A DNA stretch of 33,170 nucleotides from Candidatus Bathyarchaeota archaeon (GTDB taxonomy: Archaea > Thermoproteota > Bathyarchaeia > TCS64). The notes below the pieces were generated by a model. That model made no database searches. It was given only the letters and a program-made list of their open reading frames with translations, and was not told the origin of the DNA. Of the stretch, positions 1 through 7,413 are shown piece by piece. The position numbers were made by a program, and so were the translations under genes. Location: the NCBI GenBank assembly GCA_041304265.1, contig JBFYNQ010000113.1:1-33170 (forward strand). Reading direction: 5' to 3'. Each line of letters opens with the position of its first letter. Within the stretch, counting starts at the first letter, position 1.

Positions 1-72
1 TACTGGGCTCTCAGGGAGCAGCTCAAGAGAAAGAAGAAGGCGGCGGTGTCGACGCCTGCGGTTGAGCCTTAA
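1..72 (+). CDS. 3-prime end of an upstream CDS (partial, product unknown)
   Basis: Frame 1 is open from the window edge to TAA at 70-72 (...REQLKRKKKAAVSTPAVEP*). Frame 2 is also open here, so the frame choice is uncertain. Confidence 0.25.
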   Translation, partial: YWALREQLKRKKKAAVSTPAVEP

Positions 73-113
73 CCTTAAATCACCTCCAAGCCAGATTAGA
101 CGTGGCATAGGGC

Positions 114-533
114 TTGTACTACGACGTCGAGATCACCCCAGAGACCGAGAATGAGTACATCGAGAAGGTTGCTCAGAAGATACACGAGTATGAGATGGAG
201 ACCGCGGCGATACTCCTGCTCGAGAGCAGCAAGCCCCTTGTCTGGGTTGGCGGGGAGATGGGTCGATTCTTCATCACTCCTTTCGTCCCGATCGTTAGCG
301 ATAAGTGGGGTGTGACTAGTGAGAAGTTTTTCCTCGTCTTTGAGAAGAGGGAGAACATCGAGAGGCTTCTGAAGAGGCTTGAGGAGCTCGCTCAGCAGGA
401 CGAGGATAAGAAGAGAAAGGAGAAGGAGGAGAGGAAAGCGGCGGAGAAGGCTAAGAGAGACGCTGAGGCCGTAGCTGCCGGTGAGAAACCCGCCGAGGAG
501 AAGAAGGGTTGGCGAAAACGCCTCCCATTTTAA
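114..533 (+). CDS. hypothetical small protein with a hydrophobic core segment and a K/E-rich C-terminal tail
   Basis: 139-aa ORF with a TTG start directly after an in-frame TAG at 108-110. The translation looks like real protein (ETAAILLLESSKPLVWVGGEMGRFFITPFVPI, then a charged tail). The antisense ORF 96..539 is Leu-rich low complexity. No family recognised. Confidence 0.5.
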   Translation: MYYDVEITPETENEYIEKVAQKIHEYEMETAAILLLESSKPLVWVGGEMGRFFITPFVPIVSDKWGVTSEKFFLVFEKRENIERLLKRLEELAQQDEDKKRKEKEERKAAEKAKRDAEAVAAGEKPAEEKKGWRKRLPF

Positions 534-538
534 CCCCA

Positions 539-546
539 TTTATTAA
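539..546 (+). promoter_or_regulatory. TATA-like box upstream of the GlmL-like operon
   Basis: TTTATTAA centred about 34 nt upstream of ATG 577. Confidence 0.4.
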
Positions 547-576
547 GGGATCCTAATCCACTTTCAGAAACCTTTA

Positions 577-2448
577 ATGGGGGAGGTCTTTAAACAATTC
601 AGATTCGCGATGCCTGCCCTCAAGAAACCAATAGAGGATATGCAGTACATTCTCGCGACTGACGTAGGAAGCACAACAACGAAGGCGAGATTCTTCCACA
701 AGAAGGACGGCGTCTGGCGCTTCTACGTAGCCGGCGAGGCCCCCACGACGGTCGAGGCGCCCTATGAGGACGTCACACTCGGAGTACAGAACGCGGTCCG
801 CGAGATCGAGGAACTCACCGGACATAAGCTCCTGAGTCCCGACGGCAAGGGGCTGATACTACCTTACGACGGGAAGCAGGGTGTAGACTTATACTGTACA
901 ACTAGCAGCGCGGGCGGCGGCCTGCAGATGATGGTCGCCGGCCTCATTAAGAACATGACTGCTGAGTCCGCGAACAGGGCGGCTCTCGGCGCAGGAGCCA
1001 TCGTCATGGACGTCATCGCCCGAGATGATGGCAGGCAGCCATACGTAAAGATACAGCGCATAAGGAATCTGCGCCCCGACATGATCCTACTCGCGGGTGG
1101 GACCGACGGAGGCGCGGGCCAGCACGTCATGGAGATCGCGGAGCTCATCAAGGCAGCGGAGCCCAAGGCGCGCCTAGGCGCTAGCTACAATCTCCCAATC
1201 GTCTATGCCGGGAATAAGTCCATCCGTAAGGATATCGAGGCGCTGATGAAAGGCGCATTCGCCCTAGACATCGTCGACAACATCAGGCCGACGCTTGAGG
1301 TTGAGAACACAGAGCCAGCTCGTCGCGCGGTACACGAGCTCTTTATGGAGCACGTCATGAGCCACGCCCCCGGGTACAACAACCTCATGAAGTGGACTGA
1401 CATCCCAATCATGCCCACGCCAGCCGGTGAGGGCATGGCGATGCAACTAATCGCTGACACCTTCAAGATGAACGTTCTCGGCGTCGGTCTCGGCGGGGCT
1501 ACGACGAACGTCTACAGCGTAGTTGAGGGGCGCTTCGTACGTAGCGTCTCCGCCAACCTGGGTATGAGCTACAGCGTTACCAATGTCATGAAGGAGGCGG
1601 GAATCCCCAACATCATGAGGTGGATTCCCTTCAAGATCGAGGAAGAGGAGGTCGCCAGCCGCCTGATGAACAAGATGATCAGGCCCACCACCATCCCTCA
1701 GACCCTAGAGGATCTCATGGTCGAGCACGCCGTTGCGCGTGAGGCGCTTAGGCTAGGACTTCAGCACCACCGCACCATAGCCACGCGCCTCAAGGGCGTA
1801 CAGACACAGCGCACCATCAGTGACATGTTCGAGCAGGCTATCGAGGACAGCTATGTACAGATGATGAACATCGACGTCATCGCCGGCACAGGCGGGCTTC
1901 TCAGCCACGCCCCACGCCGCGTGCAGCCGATGTACATTCTCAGCGACGCCTGGCTCCCGGAGGGAGTCACGAGGATGTTCCAGGACAGCGTATTCATGAT
2001 GCCCCATCTCGGAGTCACGAGCACGGTGGCACGCGACGCGGCTTGGAGCGTCTTCGACAAGGACTGTTTACTAAGGATCGGTACAAGTATCGCCGCAGCA
2101 GGCACCGGGAAGCTGGGCGACCCCTGCATGACCGTCGAGATCACGATGCCCGACGGCTCCATGGTTAAAGAAGACATGAAGTTCGGCGAAATCAAACTCG
2201 TCCCGCTGGATGAGGGCAAGGAGGCGAAGGCCGTCATTACTCCCGCCAAGGCTTTCGACCTGGGCATGGGGCCAGGCAAGGCGAAGGAGGCGACCGTCAT
2301 CGGAGGCATCGCTGGCCTTCTGCTCGACGCACGCGGGCGCCCACTTTATCTGCCCGAGGAGGACGCCGCGAGGAGGGATCTCCTCTTCAAGTGGTTCTCC
2401 ACGCTCAAGCTGTACCCTGAGGACCCCCTCAAGGAGCTGGTGAAGTAA
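577..2448 (+). CDS. GlmL/MutL-like ASKHA (actin-fold) ATPase, long 623-aa form
   Basis: N-terminal phosphate-binding motif ILATDVGSTTTKA, plus LLAGGTDGG and IAGTGGLLSH motifs typical of the glutamate-mutase-L / hydantoinase branch of the actin-fold ATPases. TATA-like TTTATTAA lies at 539-546. Alternative ATG at 640. Confidence 0.7.
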   Translation: MGEVFKQFRFAMPALKKPIEDMQYILATDVGSTTTKARFFHKKDGVWRFYVAGEAPTTVEAPYEDVTLGVQNAVREIEELTGHKLLSPDGKGLILPYDGKQGVDLYCTTSSAGGGLQMMVAGLIKNMTAESANRAALGAGAIVMDVIARDDGRQPYVKIQRIRNLRPDMILLAGGTDGGAGQHVMEIAELIKAAEPKARLGASYNLPIVYAGNKSIRKDIEALMKGAFALDIVDNIRPTLEVENTEPARRAVHELFMEHVMSHAPGYNNLMKWTDIPIMPTPAGEGMAMQLIADTFKMNVLGVGLGGATTNVYSVVEGRFVRSVSANLGMSYSVTNVMKEAGIPNIMRWIPFKIEEEEVASRLMNKMIRPTTIPQTLEDLMVEHAVAREALRLGLQHHRTIATRLKGVQTQRTISDMFEQAIEDSYVQMMNIDVIAGTGGLLSHAPRRVQPMYILSDAWLPEGVTRMFQDSVFMMPHLGVTSTVARDAAWSVFDKDCLLRIGTSIAAAGTGKLGDPCMTVEITMPDGSMVKEDMKFGEIKLVPLDEGKEAKAVITPAKAFDLGMGPGKAKEATVIGGIAGLLLDARGRPLYLPEEDAARRDLLFKWFSTLKLYPEDPLKELVK

Positions 2449-2449
2449 A

Positions 2450-3631
2450 ATGACGACGAACAAGCACGAAGCCCCAAAGAACTCGAAGAAGAAGGACGAT
2501 AAGGAGAGTGGGGAGGCACACGCCTACACGCCTGGTCTCAAGGTCAAGCGCGCCATCACGGTCGAGAAGCTCCGCAGGCTGCCAATTCCAGGGGAGGTCT
2601 TGCACAAGGTCGGGGATAAGGTCAACTACGACGCCAAGGTCGCGAGAACCGAGATCAGCGGTGAGCCCGAGATCGTAAAAGTTGCAATGGTACTCGGCGT
2701 TGAGGCTGAGGACATGGCCAGATTCATGCTGAAGAAGGTCGGCGACAAGGTGAAGCAGGGTGAGAGCATCGCCTTCTACAGCGCCCTGTTCGGCCTCATC
2801 AAGAAGGATGTCCCGAGCCCAAGGGACGGCACAATCGAGTCAGCCTCAGAAGTCACTGGACAGGTGATCGTCAGGGGCTCCCCGATACCCATCGAGGTGG
2901 ACGCCTACCTTCCCGGCACGATCGTCACCGTAGTTCCTAGGGAGGGCGTAGTCGTGCAGACGCACGGCGCCTTCATACAGGGCATCTTCGGCATTGGCGG
3001 CGAGGTGCACGGCGAGATTAAGACCATCACCGCCAACAACGAGGAGATGGTGACGCCTGAGAAGATCATGCCAGACTGCAAGGGCAAAGTACTCATCGGC
3101 GGCTCGCTCATCACCCTTGAGGCGATGAGGAAGGCTGCCGAGGTCGGAGCATCTGCCCTTGTTGTCGGAGGCGTGCGCCACCAGGACCTGACTACCTTCA
3201 CGGGGCAAGAGATTGGAGTTGCCATCACGGGGCAGGAGGAGGTCGGCTTCACCCTCATCATCACCGAAGGATTCGGCAAGATGAACATGAGTGCAACCAC
3301 CTTCAAGCTCCTGAAGAGCTTCGAGGGCTATCTCGCCTGCGTAAACGGAGCCACCCAGATCAGGGCCGGCGTACTGAGGCCAGAGATCATCATCCCACAC
3401 GAGGAGAAGCTGGAGGAGAAGAGCGATGCGTTCGCGATGGGAATGGTCCCTGGGACGCCGGTCAGGATTATCCGTCAGCCCTACTTTGGCGCAATCGGGG
3501 TCGTGGACACGCTCCCAGTTGAGCTTCAGGCTATGGAATCGGAGAGCATGGTACGTGTACTCACCGTGAAGCTCGCCGACGGCAGGACCGCGACGGTGCC
3601 CAGGGCAAACGTCGAGATCATCGAGGAGTAA
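2450..3631 (+). CDS. conserved hypothetical protein with an N-terminal barrel-sandwich (lipoyl/biotinyl-like) segment, cotranscribed with the GlmL-like ATPase
   Basis: 393-aa ORF. Its ATG is 1 nt after the upstream TAA (taaAatg). The segments GDKVNYDAKVA and VGDKVKQGESIA resemble hybrid-barrel motifs. The rest was not recognised. Confidence 0.6.
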   Translation: MTTNKHEAPKNSKKKDDKESGEAHAYTPGLKVKRAITVEKLRRLPIPGEVLHKVGDKVNYDAKVARTEISGEPEIVKVAMVLGVEAEDMARFMLKKVGDKVKQGESIAFYSALFGLIKKDVPSPRDGTIESASEVTGQVIVRGSPIPIEVDAYLPGTIVTVVPREGVVVQTHGAFIQGIFGIGGEVHGEIKTITANNEEMVTPEKIMPDCKGKVLIGGSLITLEAMRKAAEVGASALVVGGVRHQDLTTFTGQEIGVAITGQEEVGFTLIITEGFGKMNMSATTFKLLKSFEGYLACVNGATQIRAGVLRPEIIIPHEEKLEEKSDAFAMGMVPGTPVRIIRQPYFGAIGVVDTLPVELQAMESESMVRVLTVKLADGRTATVPRANVEIIEE

Positions 3632-3731
3632 AAGTCTCCTCGATCCTTCTTTCTGATCAGGTTACTTAATCCGGTTGTTTCTAGCTCCTCCCTCTTTAAA
3701 TTCACCCGCGCACGAGGATCAAACGATCCAG

Positions 3732-4256
3732 ATGGAGTTCTACGAGGTTGTTAACACTAGGCGGAGCGTCCGCAGCTACAAGCCAGACGAGATACCGGGG
3801 GATGTCCTCGATAGAGTGCTCGACGCCGCGAGGGTCGCCCCCTCGGGCAGCAACAGGCAGCCGTGGAAGTATATACTCGTCAGGAACCCTGAAATTCGCA
3901 AGAAGGTAGCCACCATCAGCGGTGGACAGCCGTGGATCGCCGAGGCGCCTATAGTCGTCGTCGCCTGCGGGAGTGACATAAAGTACGACCGCGGAGGCTA
4001 TATGGGAGAGCTGAGCTTTCTCCTCGACTCCGCCATTGGGCTCACACACCTCATACTTGCCGCACGTGCGGAGGGGCTGGGCACATGCTGGATAGGGCTC
4101 TTCGACAACGACTCGATAAAGGAGTTGTTGGAGATCCCGCCGGGCTGGAACGTCGCGGCGGTGACTCCCCTCGGCTACCCTAAGGAGCCAAAGTGGACTC
4201 AGCCCGTGAAGCGCAAGACTCTAAAGGAGATCGTCGCAGTAGACGAGTGGTCCTGA
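3732..4256 (+). CDS. nitroreductase family protein
   Basis: MEFYEVVNTRRSVRSYKPDEIP...APSGSNRQPWKYILV is the classic nitroreductase N-terminus. I prefer the ATG at 3732 over the TTG at 3675. TATA-like CTTTAAATT at 3694-3702. Confidence 0.85.
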   Translation: MEFYEVVNTRRSVRSYKPDEIPGDVLDRVLDAARVAPSGSNRQPWKYILVRNPEIRKKVATISGGQPWIAEAPIVVVACGSDIKYDRGGYMGELSFLLDSAIGLTHLILAARAEGLGTCWIGLFDNDSIKELLEIPPGWNVAAVTPLGYPKEPKWTQPVKRKTLKEIVAVDEWS

Positions 4257-4924
4257 TGCAAAAGATACGCCTAGTGGTCTTCGACATGGCGGGCACGACC
4301 GTCGACGACGTGATAGATGGAATGCCCCTTGTTCTTCGCAGTTACGATGACGCCTTCCGGAGGCACGGCGTCATTGTCCCGATGGAGACGCTTAACGATA
4401 TGCGTGGGCGCGACAAGAGGGAGGTCATCAACATGCTCGGCGGCGAGAAGGCGCCCGTCATCTACAAGGACTTCGTTGAGATGCTCACAAAGAATGTCTC
4501 CAGGGTCAAGGAGATTCAGGGGACGTCGGATACTTTTCGCTGGCTCAAGGAACATGGCGTCGCCGTCGGCGTCGAGAGCGGCTTCCCCGCGACCGTTACC
4601 CATGACATCGTCAAGCACCTCAAGTGGGTGGAACAGGGGCTCATCGACTACTGGACCTGTAGCGAGATAGTCGACGAGGAGCGCCCCAGTCCCGCGATGA
4701 TCAGGCGCACGATGCGCCATTGCCACGTAAGGGACTCAGCGCAGGTGCTCAAGGTGGATGACACGGGGATAGGCATCGAGGAGGGGCACAACGCTAAGGC
4801 TCACACAGTAGCTGTGCTTACCGGGACGCAGAGGAGGGAGAAGATTGAGAAGGAGAAGCCCGACGCTATCCTACCGAGCATCAGGGAGCTGCCCGAGTAC
4901 CTCACAAAGAACATGCTCATCTAG
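4256..4924 (+). CDS. HAD-superfamily hydrolase (phosphonatase-like / PhnX-like subgroup)
   Basis: HAD motif I in VVFDMAGTTVDD. Its ATG overlaps the nitroreductase stop (TGATG), which implies an operon. Confidence 0.8.
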   Translation: MQKIRLVVFDMAGTTVDDVIDGMPLVLRSYDDAFRRHGVIVPMETLNDMRGRDKREVINMLGGEKAPVIYKDFVEMLTKNVSRVKEIQGTSDTFRWLKEHGVAVGVESGFPATVTHDIVKHLKWVEQGLIDYWTCSEIVDEERPSPAMIRRTMRHCHVRDSAQVLKVDDTGIGIEEGHNAKAHTVAVLTGTQRREKIEKEKPDAILPSIRELPEYLTKNMLI

Positions 4925-6177
4925 TCCTCACGCTTCTCCGGCTCATGCACGAAGAAGATTATCAAAAGTATTGAGGGCACCATGAATAAGGCCTCACCCC
5001 AGAAAGGAAGCTGATGGCCCACGTTGTCGTAAAGCCATCCACCAGCAATCTGCCCGGCGGACATCGCAAGCATACTCCAGAAACCAATAGCTCCGTTTGC
5101 CTTCCCCCTGTGCTGCTTCGGCACTAGGTCGGCGAAGAGAGTCAGCCCCGCCGAGTTGAAGAGAACTATCAGCAGCCCCGCCAGGGTCATCGCAAATATG
5201 AGCCTCCAGAAGTCACCGTAGACTAGCAGCGGAACCCAGGCTATGCTCGCGAACCCCGCAATGATGAGGGGCTTCTTCCTCCCTATCCTGTCGATGAGCT
5301 TCCCGCTAGGTATGGCAACTATAATCATGGTGACGAACATCGCCGTCATGATGTAGCTAAGAGCCACGGGATCGACGCCGAGATCGTTGACTATGTACAG
5401 AGTTATTACGGGTTGGAAGAGTCCTATGGCGAAGCTGCTGATTAAGTTGGCGATAAAGAAGACAAAGGCTGTGCCTGGGAGTAGCCCCCAAACGTTCCAA
5501 CTCTCCCTAATTGAGAGGGGTATAGTCGTAGCTGCTTCTTGGATACTGAATTTCGCGGGTGTGTCGACGGTCTCCCTGAGCCGCAAGCGGAGGAAGGCGG
5601 CGACAAGGAAGCCGCCGAGGGCTACCGCGTAGCCAAGCCTCATGCTCGGGATGAGCCCCATCCTTGCGTAGAGGACACCGGCTAGGAGGGGTGCAGGGGT
5701 CGTCGAGACGCTTGCTATGAGGTTGATGAGGCTGAAAGCCATCCCCCTTTTCTTCTTGGGCACCGAGTCGGCAACAATCGCCATTAAGGCGGGTCCATAG
5801 ATGTTGGTGACGCCGACTAGGAAGGCGCCAATAAGTATCCACTCCCACGTGGGGGCGAATATGTAGAATAGGCGAGCGAAGGCGGCGACGAAGGTCATTA
5901 TGGCGATGAGCCACTTGCGTCCGTACTTGTCGGCGAGGTAGCCGCCGGGTATCTGGACGATTCCCCTGGCGATAGCTTCAACGGCGCCGATGAGGCCGAT
6001 CGTGGCAGCTGTTCCGCCGAGTGCCTCGACGTAGAGGGGGTAGTAGGTGCCCGGGAGCTCACCGGCGAAGTCGAGGACGAGCCAGCTCGCCATCATTACG
6101 GCGAAGTTGCCCGCTACGAAGCCGAACTCGCTCCTGAGCTTGCCCAATATACTGCCAAGCCCCGCCAAACCTAACAC
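4921..6177 (-). CDS. MFS transporter
   Basis: 418 aa with about 12 hydrophobic segments. DKYGRKW and DRIGRKKP loop motifs occupy the two MFS half positions. GTG start, with a TATA-like box at 6205-6213. Confidence 0.85.
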   Translation of the reverse strand: MLGLAGLGSILGKLRSEFGFVAGNFAVMMASWLVLDFAGELPGTYYPLYVEALGGTAATIGLIGAVEAIARGIVQIPGGYLADKYGRKWLIAIMTFVAAFARLFYIFAPTWEWILIGAFLVGVTNIYGPALMAIVADSVPKKKRGMAFSLINLIASVSTTPAPLLAGVLYARMGLIPSMRLGYAVALGGFLVAAFLRLRLRETVDTPAKFSIQEAATTIPLSIRESWNVWGLLPGTAFVFFIANLISSFAIGLFQPVITLYIVNDLGVDPVALSYIMTAMFVTMIIVAIPSGKLIDRIGRKKPLIIAGFASIAWVPLLVYGDFWRLIFAMTLAGLLIVLFNSAGLTLFADLVPKQHRGKANGAIGFWSMLAMSAGQIAGGWLYDNVGHQLPFWGEALFMVPSILLIIFFVHEPEKRED

Positions 6178-6204
6178 GCTCTTTGACCCCTAGACGCGGC
6201 TTCC

Positions 6205-6213
6205 TTTTATAAA
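6205..6213 (-). promoter_or_regulatory. TATA-like box for the MFS gene
   Basis: TTTATAAAA on the minus strand, centred about 32 nt upstream of GTG 6177. Confidence 0.45.
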
Positions 6214-6279
6214 TGGGACTCATCGTCGGTGGTGGCTTTCTTGTACTCACAATTCGTTACTTGGTACGCCTCGAAACGC

Positions 6280-6288
6280 TTTTAATAT
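6280..6288 (+). promoter_or_regulatory. TATA-like box for tRNA-His
   Basis: TTTTAATAT centred about 30 nt upstream of the tRNA 5-prime end at 6314. Confidence 0.5.
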
Positions 6289-6313
6289 GACTCCCGTATC
6301 CCTTTTTCCGCGC

Positions 6314-6388
6314 GGCCTCTGTGGTGCAACGGTAGCATACGGGACTGTGGATCCCTTGACCTGGGTTCGACTCCCAGCAGAGGCCCCA
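6314..6388 (+). tRNA. tRNA-His (anticodon GTG) with encoded G-1 and 3-prime CCA
   Basis: Hand-folded cloverleaf. Acceptor GCCTCTG/CAGAGGC, D stem GTGC/GCAT, anticodon loop CTGTGGA, T arm CTGGG-TTCGACT-CCCAG. An extra G at -1 can pair with discriminator C73. CCA at 6386-6388. Confidence 0.9.
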
Positions 6389-6414
6389 CCCCGCGCTGGG
6401 CTTAGCTGGCAAAC

Positions 6415-6422
6415 CTATAAAT
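6415..6422 (+). promoter_or_regulatory. TATA-like box for tRNA-Leu
   Basis: CTATAAAT centred about 29 nt upstream of the tRNA 5-prime end at 6448. Confidence 0.5.
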
Positions 6423-6447
6423 GTGCGATGCCGGCTAACTGTGATGG

Positions 6448-6535
6448 GCGGAGGTCGCCCAGCTAGGCCAAAGGCGTAGGACTGAGGCTCCTATCCCGAA
6501 GGGGTTCGTGGGTTCGAATCCCACCCTCCGCACCA
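6448..6535 (+). tRNA. tRNA-Leu (anticodon GAG), class II with long variable arm, encoded CCA
   Basis: Acceptor GCGGAGG/CCTCCGC, anticodon stem TAGGA/TCCTA with loop CTGAGGC, variable arm CCC-GAA-GGG, T arm GTGGG-TTCGAAT-CCCAC, discriminator A, CCA at 6533-6535. Confidence 0.9.
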
Positions 6536-6730
6536 CTACTTAATTATTGTTCGATAAGCCGTCATTTTATCGAGTGGAAGGTGGGTTACGACCGGCACAT
6601 CGACCACCGCTGCGCGCATGATCGGAAGAGCGTGAACTTCTGTGTGAGCATTGAGGGCGTATTCGTCGAGATGGACTCCGAGCTTGAGCATTGGCGCACC
6701 TTGAGGAGCCGAACCATCGGCAGCCGATAA

Positions 6731-6809
6731 CCGCACTTTTCTACACAAATGTGCGGTTTCTGCGGAATAGTGCGCCGCACAAAACCGCACTAACCGCACT
6801 ATTGCGCAC
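6731..6809. repeat. left cluster of CCGCAC/GTGCGG motifs, including one copy of the 17-mer CTGCGGAATAGTGCGCC
   Basis: CCGCAC at 6731, 6775, 6785 and 6794. GCGCAC at 6804. GTGCG at 6751 and 6770. 17-mer at 6760-6776. CCGCAC(14 nt)GTGCGG inverted repeat at 6731-6756. Confidence 0.8.
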
Positions 6810-7231
6810 TCTTACACCCCGAAGCGTTTCAGGGCTGACCCCGAGTGCCAACTCCCTATGTCGAACCCTAAGGGGAAACATAACAAAGACGTGGTCGATA
6901 GCGTCGATCAGTATGGCGTCCTCCTGAACTTAACTAGAGGCGAGATCGACGCCGACCGCGTCAAAAAAACGTCCACGATAAACCCAACTAGCCGCCGCTG
7001 TGGTCAAACAACCGGCCAATAACCCATAAAAGTGCGAATATTTGCGGATAAATGGCATCCCCCGCAGCAGGATACCCTCCTGGCTGGTGAGGCTTAGCCC
7101 GAAGGATACGCCACGGTCTAAGCGGAGGCTCATAGGTGGGGCGTCCAGAAAAGTATCTCATTCGACGATGAGCTACCCGAAACTGTATCCCATGAGAAGG
7201 ATTAGTCCGGGGAAGGTCCGCAGTCCGTCCA

Positions 7232-7318
7232 TAGTGCGGAGAGTGCGCCTAGTGCGGAGAGTGCGGGTGCGGTGCGGAATATTGCGCCGAGTGCGGAGGT
7301 TGTGCGGAATAATGCGCT
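7232..7318. repeat. forward array of GTGCGG motifs: 18-bp tandem duplication plus two 17-mers GTGCGGAATAWTGCGCY
   Basis: TAGTGCGGAGAGTGCGCC (7232-7249) is followed directly by TAGTGCGGAGAGTGCGGG (7250-7267), 16/18 identical. GTGCGGAATATTGCGCC lies at 7272-7288 and GTGCGGAATAATGCGCT at 7302-7318. GTGCG starts at 7234, 7243, 7252, 7261, 7267, 7272, 7291 and 7302. Confidence 0.9.
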
Positions 7319-7383
7319 GTAAAACCACTAGCTGCGCCCACAGGTGCGCACTCGCCGCAGAACGCGCAGTCAGGCGCACGGGG

Positions 7384-7413
7384 CGCACTCGCACCCGCAC
7401 TCGCACCCGCAGA
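7384..7413. repeat. hexanucleotide tandem repeat (CGCACY)x4 plus a degenerate fifth unit
   Basis: CGCACT CGCACC CGCACT CGCACC CGCAGA read directly at 7384-7413. This equals a 12-mer repeated twice and is the reverse complement of the GTGCG motif. Confidence 0.9.

Noticed and set aside
96-539. 147-aa minus-strand ORF opposite the 139-aa plus-strand ORF
   Set aside because: It is Leu-rich low complexity, the mirror image of the E/K-rich tail on the plus strand. The plus-strand translation is more protein-like and codirectional with the downstream operon.
3675-3731. Longer TTG-initiated forms of the nitroreductase (from 3675) and of the HAD hydrolase (from 4193)
   Set aside because: Homology-like sequence begins at the internal ATGs (3732 and 4256). 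The extensions overlap promoter-like sequence or the upstream gene and look non-protein-like.
6536-6799. 87-aa minus-strand ORF ending exactly at the tRNA-Leu 3-prime end, considered as a split SSV-type integrase fragment marking an integrated element
   Set aside because: No recombinase motifs are recognisable. The ORF does not overlap the tRNA, its 5-prime half is repeat-derived, and no second integrase fragment or att duplicate is visible. It remains only a weak possibility for blastp to test.
7195-7260. Possible RNase P RNA. GGGGAAGGTCCGC resembles the conserved region CR-I (GAGGAAAGUCC), and GTGCGGAGAGTGCGCC resembles the CR-II/III segment GUGCGGUAAGAGCGCAC.
   Set aside because: The two look-alike elements are only about 15 nt apart instead of about 100 nt or more. 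No CR-V (ACAGAAnnnGGCUUA) lies downstream. The second element is simply one of many repeat copies. A cmsearch with the Rfam RNase P models would settle it.
6731-7413. CRISPR array
   Set aside because: The repeats are 5-18 nt, abut or overlap each other, occur in both orientations, and have no regular unique spacers of about 30-40 nt. No cas genes are in the window.
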